DNA of 64,000 nucleotides. Source: Diadema antillarum. Taxonomy: Eukaryota. Location of the stretch: NCBI RefSeq assembly GCF_040938485.1, contig NW_027271462.1, positions 186,001-250,000 of the forward strand. The letters are read 5' to 3'. Below the pieces are notes generated by a model, which had not been told where the DNA came from, searched no databases, and saw nothing but the letters and a program-made list of their open reading frames with translations. Below, piece by piece: positions 50,641 through 61,728 of the stretch. How positions within the stretch are numbered: the first letter of the stretch is position 1; every line of letters begins with the position of its first letter. Both the position numbers and the translations under genes were made by a program.

Positions 50641-51082
50641 TCACTTCACTTCTCCATTGTGACGTTTGTTCACTATGTGCGAGATTGAGAACAAGAAGTT
50701 GGATAATGATATTATACTGAAAAAAAAAACGTGCTCACCAAAGTCATACAATGTTGTGTATGCACACTATCACACGGATCAGCCCATCATACTGCTGATC
50801 AGCGGGTGGGGCCGGCATGCTTACACATTCAAATTACATGAAACATTTCCAACTATAAAGTAAACCTGACATTATATATACCAACAATAAATGGTTCCTT
50901 TGTTATCAGTGGAAGTAATAAATACTGAAATTTATCTACAGTAGTAAACATGATAAAACAACATCCTACGTTCTGTGAAAAGCCAGTGTTCGCCAACAGA
51001 CATATCTCTTGCTCACACATTCAAATTACATGCAAAAAACGTAAGAACAATGGAGCCCCTGTCACTGTAAACTTGGTATACG

Positions 51083-51531
51083 CAGGGCTCGACACTAACG
51101 GTGGCCCGGTGGCCCGGGGCCACCAAAAATGAAAGTCGGGCCACCAAATTTCAAAAAAGGGCAAATTTGGTGGCCCGCCTCGGGTCACCAAAATTTTTTG
51201 AAAAGTATGTCAATAAATTCGTAACCTTTTGCGCCGGAAATTAGCAGTTAAATTTGTTTAAAGGATGGATGAAAAGGACTGAATGAGTGCCTGAGAGTGA
51301 GTGTTGCAAGTTTGTTGAAGTTTATTTATAAGTAGATATGTCCAACTTCTAATTCTTACTATCATAAACTTAAATATTTGACTCATAAAAAAAGGACTTT
51401 TAATGTTTTTTATTGCTTTTAGTTTGGGGGGGGGGACACCAAATTTTTCTCTCGGGCCACCAAAAATTTGAAATTTAGGATTTTGGTGGCCCCATCAGGC
51501 CACCAAACAAAAAAGTTAGTGTCGAGCCATG
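51083..51531. mobile_element. hAT-like MITE
   Basis: TIR CAGGGCTCGACACTAAC / GTTAGTGTCGAGCCATG; subterminal GGGCCACCAAA repeats; flanks gtatacg/gtatatg resemble a degenerate TSD. Confidence 0.75.
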
Positions 51532-51558
51532 GTATATGTATGTATCAACAATGTGTGG

Positions 51559-51609
<51 letters not shown>

Positions 51610-52521
51610 TGTGTGTGTGTGCTTGTGTGTGTGGCTTTGAGTGTTGTGTGTGTTAGTATGATTCTTATTTTCATTTCATTTTTATTTCATTTATTCATTG
51701 TCATTTTCAACAATAATAATACAACAAGTATTTGACAATAAAACACATCATTCTATAAAGAAAAAAAAACTGCATCGTTCTGCGAACTAGAATAAGCAAT
51801 TTAGGTGCCATTGCACGCTTCAGACAGTCTTGTCTCGTGTATCAGAATGCACTTGTTCGATATCTTTTTTTCATACATGCATATACTGCAATAAGCCAAG
51901 CAAATAAAGTACCTCAAAGTTGTTTGCGTCATGCGGTGATGGTACTGTTTGTTATGCTGAAATCATTTTGCAGAGAAAATAACCCTGGGGCTTTAAATGG
52001 GGCGTTCGATGTCGCCAGAAGTGGACCGGCCAGTATCCAGGGCAGTTGGCATGATAAAATGAATGTCTGGCTGATTTCAGTTGCATTGTTTTGAGTGGTT
52101 ATTGATTGTTTCATTCAGTTCATACATAAACATCGTAGTATATCAAATCAGAATTGCCTGCAAAATTGTGGGAGGCTTTTACATTTGTGAAATATTTACA
52201 TTATGTGATTCTTCAGTAAAAACGTCTACTTTATATTTCTGTCAAGAGCAGCGAAGCACGTTCAGACTCCGTTTCTGATTGATTGGTGAACTTCCAATAT
52301 TTATTCATGGATTTCATTTATATCAATTCATTTGCGGGCGTGCCACCAATCATCTGCCAATAGCACAGATTGTAAAATTTCTCCACTTCTGAAAATAAAA
52401 TGATTGTAACAAATCATCAACGTTCTCATCAAAATCTAAATAAACGTACGTGAAGAGTACTTAAAGAGTACTTCAAAGAAAGAGACATATCTGTATACAA
52501 AAACATACATTACACGGTATC

Positions 52522-52879
52522 TTAAAGGCATTACTTACCATTTTGCAGATGAAACAAAAACCCACCTTTAGTTCTAAAATGTAAGTTAGGGATAGACACA
52601 ACCAATGTAAAAATGTAAATCAGTTTAGTCATAGCATTGTTAAATATACAAAATGTGAACAATAGTTATAATAAAATAGCTTCTGGAATAACCCGTCTAC
52701 AGTTATGGTTTATTGAGAAAAATTGTGATGTCTCCTTAAATAGGCTTTATTGCGAAATTGGCATATGGTAAAGATGGTTTTGTGATACAACTGACCTAAA
52801 CATAATTATGCATCAAATGTGATAACTCGAACATTTTTAAATCACTGCTCCCAATGGTAAACAGTACATATACCCTTAA
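52522..52879 (+). mobile_element. TTAA MITE family, copy 2
   Basis: TTAAAGGCATTACTTAC...CCCTTAA; homologous to reverse complement of 21410-21784. Confidence 0.75.
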
Positions 52880-53186
52880 GGTAGAGGTGGAGGACTTGAC
52901 TAGGATAACGGCCTCTACCCAATGTGGTATCTTGCAATTCTCTCTTTTTAACTAAAAGAACAAAACACGCATATAGAATAAGCATCTTGAATTGTTGAAC
53001 CTCAAGTAAATTCTGCATTAAGGCGAGGAGGGTAACGCAAAGGGATATTGACAGAGATGAAAACGAGGGGACATAGATGTTAGTAGCAGTTACTTGTAAA
53101 TACATTTTCCTTTGAATGATAAAACGGGGATGTCGAAGGTTGAAAGAATAGCACTGATAACGACAACCAAACTCTTAAAATCATCC

Positions 53187-53453
53187 AACGTCCACAGCAA
53201 ACGAAAACCAGTGTATTTTCTTTTTCTTCAGAAACACTTCAACAGTGATAGAATACATTGATGTTATCTATTATTACTTAGAAAATAGGGTTCAAGATGA
53301 CAAAGCTGTCTCTTTTTGAAAACGTCCACAGCAAACGAAAACCAGTGTATTTTCTTTTCTTCAGAAACACTTCAACAGTGATAGAATACATTGATGTTAT
53401 CTATTATTACTTAGAAAATAGGGTTCAAGATGACAAAGCTGTCTCTTTTTGAA
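53187..53453. repeat. Near-perfect 134-bp tandem duplication
   Basis: 53187-53320 repeated at 53321-53453 with a single T deletion. Confidence 0.92.
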
Positions 53454-53995
53454 TTTTGACTTTTCACTGACCAAAACATAATACACGCACACACCCATAC
53501 ACACGCACACACCCATACACACGCACACCACACACGACACACCCTTGATCTGTTTTGATTTCATTCAACTCATACTTGGATTAGCCCATTCTGGGTACAT
53601 GAACACTGACAATGCAAATACAATTCAGAAACAAAAACGAATCAGTTTTCAATATAATCATGCTGCAAATAGTCTCTCTATCTTCAACATGAATAATGAA
53701 TCAGTTGTAAATCAAGCCCACTGGTAAATTCTTCACGAGAAAATATAGACATATGCAAACATATCTCCCTTGAATATATTGGATTATATGATTTCACTTA
53801 TAAGATCATATACCTTTTTAAAAAATACATTGTATAAACCAATAATGAAATCATTAAGATATAAAAACCCAATGAATCCTCCCCCTCCCAACCAAAACAA
53901 ATCTTCATCTTCTTATCCTAAATAACACACGGCACAAGACACAACAAACAAACACAGAAACAAACACAGAAACAAACAAACACACACACAAACAC

Positions 53996-54029
<34 letters not shown>

Positions 54030-54309
54030 CACAAACTCCTTTTCTTTTTGCAGTTGACTTTAGAGATTGAGGATGCATCGACAGAAAAAAAGGTCATTAA
54101 TAGGAATGAAGGATAGGCAGAGTGGATGAGAGGAAGAGACAAAAGGCAAGGTGATGAAAGATACAGCTGTAGATAGATTGGCAGATAGATGCAAAAGGAA
54201 AGGGCATTCCTCTTTTAGTAGTCATTGCCCCCTCCCCCCCCCCCCCCCCCCCTCCCACCCCCTCCTCCTCATCCCTCCTTCCGTTCCCTGCCAATGTGTC
54301 CCAGTCCGT

Positions 54310-54625
54310 CCCCCTAATTCGTCAAGTTTGATGGGCAGGAGACTATTCTCGCCAAACCGAGCTTCACTCGTGACAATTTCAGCTGACAGACGCGGCGTAT
54401 TTTCTCTCCTTCCTCATCCACACCGCGTGGCGGGACAACTACATCAGCTCCAAAGGTATACTCCCGTGTGTGGGTGTGCGAGCATGTTGTTACAAACCGC
54501 CATACAAAAAACCTTGGGAGTAAACAAGTGAAAGACGGATATCGCATCTTTTTCTTGTTCTCGAAAACAGGGGATTTATTATCAAGGACAAGACGAATCT
54601 TGAAGCACATAATTGTCTGATCTAG
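54310..54625 (+). other. Possible non-coding first exon of the plus-strand membrane-protein gene
   Basis: CpG-richer block after C-rich promoter-like tract, ending in consensus donor CTAG|gtaagt; no convincing ORF. The start is approximate. Confidence 0.25.
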
Positions 54626-55394
54626 GTAAGTCAGTAAACCTATTTGTTCGAAGTGATGGCATTGTGTTTCTATCACCGTGAAAAATTACACCTGTTTACG
54701 CGAATATTCCATCGCACTGTTTTCTGTTTACCACTAATTACAGGGAAGACGAGAAACTCGTTCAATTTGCTTGGACAAAAAAACGATGGGGGTCTTCGGC
54801 TGATGTCTTTTAGTTTTATCTAACAAGATGAACACCATGGGCAGATGGGAGCGAGTTAATTGCCTTTCGGAAGGCAACGATGCTGAGTTTTGGCTCGAAA
54901 ACACAACTATTATCAAGAATGTAGTACAATTTTGTTCTTCATTTTACTTCTTTTCGTCAAGGGCAAGAAAACAAACATCACTTTGTCATAGGCAGTTAAA
55001 TGGCCATTGTATTCTCATTCATAATTCAACGTTGGCTATTACATTGATTACTGTTTGTCCATGGATTCTTTGCTAGAATTATTAATCGGGAATTGTTTAT
55101 AGTAATTGGAAGTTGATGCCGGTGTTGGTGTATAAGGCCCTATACTTTGTATATCTCTCTATATCACAACGCTTATGAAAGCATTATAATTATGTTTGCC
55201 TTGGAATATGATAAAATATAAGGATTTAAGCGTTTGCGGCTCAGATAACAGCTGTAATAGTTAATTGGGGGTCAAATAGTGATTAGCGCAGCTTAGTTAC
55301 GAGGCGAAATGGTTACCGCAAAATTGCTTTGAAACAAGCCGCCACGAGTGTGAATGATTATAATTTATCTTGAATACCGGCCTTCAAAAATATG

Positions 55395-55796
55395 AAAGGG
55401 ATAATATAGTATTTGTTGAGATGAGGATTCAGTTTTTAACTTTTTGCGAGATACTTAGAAACCACTTTATGAATTGTTAAAGAGTATACAATTGTAAGAA
55501 GAATTCAAAGTTTTTTGATGAAAATCGGTTTTGAAATGGCTGAGATATCCAAAAACAAAGTAAAACAAGGAGACCCTAATAAAAGGTGGGTCCCACCTTC
55601 TATTAGAGCAGCTTTGTTTTGGATATCTCAGCTATTTCAAAACGAATTTTCATCAAATAAATTTCAAATTCCTCTTAAAATTATATGCTCTTACATATTT
55701 CATGAGACGTTTCTCGTTATCTAAAAAAAAATAATGAGAAAACCCCCCTTGAAAACCCGAAGCCCCATCTCAACCGAAACTATACCATCCCTTTAA
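55395..55796. mobile_element. Palindromic TTAA MITE, copy 2
   Basis: AAAGGGATAAT...TATACCATCCCTTTAA; central GTGGGTCCCAC; aligns with 37954-38369. Confidence 0.8.
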
Positions 55797-56565
55797 CCTA
55801 AAATATGGAATCAACGGAGACGAAAGTGAAAGAGAAAAGGAAGGGAGGGGGTCTTCTCGAGCAATGATTACTTTGACTGACCTTTAACCTATGATGACGT
55901 AAAGGATGTCATCAAGGATGATGTACCAATTAATGCGGCAGTGACTGCAAATTCATTATTATCATTAACTGCTTTTCCCGGATCGGGTAATTTCCTTTCA
56001 CGACTTTCAATCAGAATTAAATCCCTCCGAAACTACGAGTAGGCCGACATTCTCAGTGAAGATGATCACTTTTCAGGGTGATGATGGAGTGTAAGACACT
56101 TTATCTACTATATTTACTCTATAAATGCTAAATGTTTAGATTGGATATAGCACTGTTCCGGTGTCACTATGTCTGAGTTTCAAAGTTTGGGGTCAAATGA
56201 ATTGATACACATTCTTGTGTTTATCTAACTACAGAAAAAGAGGTATAAAAAGAGCCTTCTTATTTTGGTATTAAGTTCAAATAACATTATGTGTTAGGGC
56301 CCAAAATTGTGTGAAAATCTTTCCATTCGCGCTTTAAAGGCAAAATTATCTTCCACAAATGAATCACTCAAACAACAAAACGAAAAAATTATGGTTCCTC
56401 TTTGCACCCTTATGATTAGAGTATAATAATGCGCTGTTTATTACACATGGCGTAGTCACTGCAGACCGTTGACCAAATAACCGGCGTCGTCTTTCGTAAT
56501 TGTAGAATAAGCCAGATAGGTTATCAGCTGCAGTAATATGCGTGTCGTTGTTTGGGAATTTACTA

Positions 56566-57673
56566 TAAGAGGGAGGGTAACCCAGTGTTTGTGTGGAATC
56601 AGTGAATGCAGCAATATTAGTAGAATACATCAGCGCAGTTCACTGCAAAAAGTCCGGTGTTAAATATGAAACACCGAGCTGGTGTTAAATTTCCGGTGTT
56701 CATTCATGGTGTTAGATTAACACCGTCGGGTGTCATTTCAAAATTTCAAATTGTTTTTTGAATGGTTTCTTAGTTACTGCACTTCTTGTTAATTTTGAAC
56801 TTCAACAAGACGATAAAGAATTTTCCGATAAAGTACTTGATTTTTGAAAAAAATCTGTAAATACATTAACACCACAGTAACACCAGTTGGTGTGGTCCCC
56901 TATTGAAGCTGGACGGGTGTTATACCATTGAAATTAACACCACCAATATCAAATCAACACCATGCGGTGTCATTATTGAATTAACTCTAGCGCAGTGTCA
57001 AAAATATCACCAGCCACAGTGTCAAATTAACACCACGAAGTGCCAGGCGAACATTTTTTAACACCGTCACAATACATTTTCTACACCTGTGGGTGTGGTC
57101 CTCTATTAAAGTTTGATCGGTGTTAGATTTGACACCCATGGTGTTAAATCTAACACCGATGTTTTTACAGCGTTTGAGGAAAATCAGACGACCAGTTCAA
57201 AGTTATGATCTTAAAAAAAACATGGTCCCGCCATCGCAGGATGAGAAGACTACAAGTACAACAGTTCGTGACGTCACTGTATAGTACGATGATATAAATA
57301 AAATATTAAAAAAAAGAATTGCTCAAAATAAATTTTCTTATGAAAAGTACATATTCCCTTGTTATTGACATAAAATATGTAAAGGGTAATATCGTTCCCC
57401 TGCCTTCCGAAGAGGTATAAATCCAAGCGCTCTTTCATTTTGCTTGGAACTGAAGACATGTTGAATTCTCTTTACATTTTCTTTGTAAGTAGTTGTGCTG
57501 CAGTCACGTCACTTCATCTGTAGTCTTCTAACCCAGCGATCGTCGTATGGCGGCACCGAAACTTTAGAAAGTCGTAACTTTTGAAAGGATTGTCCGATTT
57601 TGCTCTTCACGTGTTCTACTGACATTGCTGTATCAACTCACACAACATGTATTTGGATAAATAGTCCCTTTAA
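56566..57673. mobile_element. TTAA-type MITE interrupted by nested CACTG element
   Basis: Right arm ends AGTCCCTTTAA (57673); its reverse complement matches sequence on both sides of 56641-57172. Confidence 0.6.
56641..57172. mobile_element. CACTG-terminal (EnSpm/CMC-like) MITE with AACACC/GGTGTT subterminal repeats
   Basis: CACTGCAAAAA ... TTTTTACAGCG termini; TT directly on both sides (2-bp TSD). Confidence 0.8.
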
Positions 57674-60600
57674 ATTGTTCAACGATGAAACACTCGCTGT
57701 GACAGATGAGTGTAGTTCTGTCAGCAGGCGTTACACCTTCATGAATGCACTATCTCTTTTCAAGATGGTCAGGCAGAAACCAACTTGATAGATGAACAAA
57801 CATACTAGAATGAACAAATCTCATCGCAAACTTCGGGTGGACACACTCTCAATGCAAGTATTTTTTTTTTGGTCATTGCAGTTATCGTTTAAGAAAAGTC
57901 CAGTTAACATAAAAGAAATAACTAACTGAAACAAATTTTACAGCTAATATTATTCATCACCAACAATCCAGAACTGACTAAAGTAAAACCATAGTCTCTT
58001 TGTGTGTGGTTTTTTTTTTCACTGAGTCAAGTAAAGCTAGTGTAAGGGTGTGTGTGTGTGTGCGTATGTGTGTGTGTGTATGTGTGTGTGTTTGGGTGCG
58101 TTTGTATAATACATGACGGTAATCTAGCGCGATAATAATTCTTCTACCACGTTTAAAGACCTCGTTATAGAATTCAGAAACCTTAAACTTGCAATATTAT
58201 TTCTAGATATGAACTGTGATTCAAATAGCAAGGGAGAATGAAGATTCATTGACGTCTTTAGGTCTGCCTCGCATTCATGAAATTCAAATCGTCAGAGGAA
58301 TTCCAACCCTGTCCCAAATTCCATGCAAATTTTCTGACCGATCACATAAACTTCGGCCATCCTTGCTGCCTTACGTGCAATAAACTTTGCATAATTGGAG
58401 AACGGCGCGGCGCCCAGCTTTTTCCCCTCGCCAAGTTTGCCAGAGTACCTCGCTCGGTATGCATTTTGGATAGTGGCGAGATTGATTGTGGATTGATTTT
58501 GAGAGTGCCGAGGTATACTCGAGGGAGACTCGTGCATCTCCCTTTTTTGTTCGAGAGTCGTGTGTTTGCTCAGTCACTTAAGCGAGGAATGCACACAATC
58601 TTCATTCGGCATCTTGTTTTACCAGCCGCGGCCAGTGAAGGAGGACGCGTGGTGTTTGTCGCGTTCCCGCACCATTTTCTTTCTAAGTAGGTAAAGCTAC
58701 CCCAACCACATATGCGAAGATGACGGTGTCACGTATGGGGAGAGGAGAGGCGAAGATGGATGGAGGGAGGGAAGGAAGGAGCTTTATATTAGGAGTTAGA
58801 GAGGATAGACAGATAAGTAGATAGAGTGATATAGAGAGGGAGAGAGATGATAGTAAATTGAACGTGGAACTTCTGGTTGCACTGCCGATAGTGCATGACG
58901 TTGTCATGGATGCAAGCATACTATTATTATTGAAACAAAGTTCATGGGCCTTCTTCAGAGTGACGCTGCCGCTGCCGACGATTCGAAGCAAACACGACGT
59001 TTCTTAACTTACTCTTCTAGATCAATATTGTTTCTTGCTTGGCGCATCTCCAAAGAGTATACCCACGCGACAGCCTGACAACGTCTCCAACTATACGTTT
59101 GCCGTATCGACTGCTGTCCAGAATTGATGGAATACCGTCTTGTTACCAACCATTTGGGCTCTTTCAAGCCTTTGATAATTCAAATGACAGTGTGAGAAAA
59201 AACAAACAAACAAAGAAAATGCTAAGTGAGGGTTTCCTCCCTGTAAAGATGGCACAATTATATCGAGGTTGACCGATACACACAATGTGAAATATAACCA
59301 CGTTTACGTTAGAATTTCCGTCAATCACAATGAGTACACAAGTATGTAAATTTGCAAAGTTGAAGAAAGGCATGTTGTTTCTCTGAAGAAAGAAAAGTAA
59401 GTCTATGAGTTTGGGAAAATTCTATAAGGTTGACAATAGGCAAATATTTGACGTTAGAGACACTTTCTCTTTTGTGGGAGTGCGAGAGGGAAAGAATGAA
59501 CAGATATCATAATGTGTGTGTTTGAATAATGTGTGTATATGCAACTATATCTGTTTGGCCATTGCTAAAACACTCAGCAGCACTCAATACATCCTGAAAA
59601 TAACTATATGAAGATGTCAAGGTGTCTCAGTTGAGGAGAGAGCGCTATTGTTCAATGTTGTTAGGACGAAGGAAATATTGCAAAACAAGAAAGATACGCG
59701 CTGGCTCTGGTGGCAAAAGAATTGATTGTGACAGTAAAAGTTACAGGGTATAGCATGTTAAAATGGGAGGGAAAAAGAGAAATTGAAAAAGGAATAGAGA
59801 AGCTTTTTAGATTCCCTCAATTTTTCCTTCCCTTCCATATTTATCTGAAGTTCCTTTAAACTCGGTCAACGACGACAGCTGCCAGCATGCTCAACGTTTT
59901 AAGTGCAGAAAAAAAAGATAGTGCCGTCATTTCATTCAGCTTTTTTTTTTGTTTTTTGTTTTTTGTCAACATATGATCTTGTCGAGAAATGAGAGAACAA
60001 CGATGTACATAAGTTTGCGTTCGTGTGTGTATTGGGTGCATATGGCAGATATACCTAGTATAGTGAGAAAGAGAAGGAGTGAAACCAAAGGGGAATTGTG
60101 TATGGGTGATTGTGTGTGCGTGTATGATGTGTTTGCGTACAACCAAAAAGTAGCATGTGTATATTAAAAAAAAAGATGTCTGGTGTGTTATGGTTTTACT
60201 TCGCTGTGTTTGTGGCAGGGTGGACAAGATAATATAAGCATGAATGATGATGATAATGATGATGATGATGATGATAATTAGGTAGAATTACATGTAAATG
60301 TGTAGGAAAGGATTAGGCAAGTTAAACTGATTCTGTTTTCATGATATTTTTTAAATCTTCAGATTTAATAGATGAGGTGAATATATCAAACACATAATGT
60401 CCCTTTAATAACCGATTCCATGCAATGACATTACCATGATTGCGCCAACTCAGTAGACCGTGTTTCCCAAGGGTCGTTTCTCGTAAGCTGATCTATTGTT
60501 CATTAATCCAAAAATGAAATAGGGTTCGTCGATCAGGATGATTCTTGCATTAATCCGAGGGTTAATTTATTCCGAGAACAGGAGGAGGTTCGTTTCTCCG

Positions 60601-61098
60601 AAGCTGAACAAGGGTTCGTTGATCCAGAGATGATATAAGGTTCTTTAATCCGAAAATAAAATAGGGTGTTATTCTGAAAACTGAGCTGCGCGAGATTCAT
60701 TGTTGCCAATACTAGATAAAATTAATCTAAAGATAGTTTTATGTAATAGTACAAACCTGTTGTTCAGTGTATTTTGATTTTATTTGTTTTGAAATATTTT
60801 TGAAAGACTACACCGTAATTAAAACTTTTGTTCATTATCATTGTAGGAAAACAGAACCCTCTTTTCGGATAAAAGACCTCTTTCACTACAATCGATTCTT
60901 CGGAATAGCGGACGTTAAAGGAATAAAAAATGTGGGGAATAACGAAATGAATAGATTTACATCTGGTGGTAAAAATTAAGTTTGAAGTCAGATCTCATCA
61001 GATCTCATTATAAAGAAGAGAGTAAAGTTTCACCCCTAAACCGCTCAGTGCCCCTTGAATAATGTATACGTGTAATAATTATATACTTCATGTTGCAG

Positions 61099-61652
61099 GA
61101 GATGACGTGATCGAGAACTCGACAATGAGTGGCGTTCAGGAGCTGAATCTGACCTCCTTCGACATAAACCGCCATCAGTCTCCGATCTTGACCTCCGGCC
61201 TCCCTCATCACTCCCACGAGTTCGACAGCGCGTTCTACTTCGACATCTGGACCCTCCTCGCCAGCGTCGGCCTACTTGTGGTTGTCGTTCTCATCAACGG
61301 GGTCGTGTTTCTCACATGGCGACGTCAATATATCCGCGGCGGCTACGCTGCCGCCGCGGCCGCTGACATTCACGACAATCATTTCTACTTCCCGAACTCG
61401 TCGGGTAACATCAGCTTCATCGACGTGGGAATGGTAGAAGAAACAGCGGATACGAAGGGCTTGCTGACCACGCTGCCTCTGGTAGTCGAAGATGTGCTTC
61501 CAGAAATCGTCAAAGCTGGAGACTCGTCGCGAAAGAACCAAAGCAGACCTGCCAGACAGGTAAAGAAGTGGTCGTCACTGGGCTCGACACGCAACCACCA
61601 ACTCGACAATGATCCCGACAACGGAGATGACGGAAAAGTGTTAATAGAATGA
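61099..61652 (+). CDS. Exon encoding an unidentified single-pass membrane protein (175 aa if ATG 61125 is the start)
   Basis: GC-richer open frame after acceptor catgttgcag|; ACAATG start context; N-glycosylation sequon NLT, one hydrophobic helix IWTLLASVGLLVVVVLINGVVFLTW followed by stop-transfer RR; stop TGA 61650-61652. Confidence 0.65.
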
Positions 61653-61693
61653 AGTGATGACATCATGACGTCATGTATACTATCTATATCTAT

Positions 61694-61728
61694 ATCGCTT
61701 CTCGGCCTTTTGGCTAAGATCATGTGTA
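61694..61728 (+). pseudogene. 3'-truncated U2 snRNA fragment (U2 nt 1-35)
   Basis: ATCGCTTCTCGGCCTTTTGGCTAAGATCA is identical to U2 nt 1-29, then tGTGTA (34/35 match); the rest of U2 (Sm site, stems II-IV) is absent. Confidence 0.85.
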
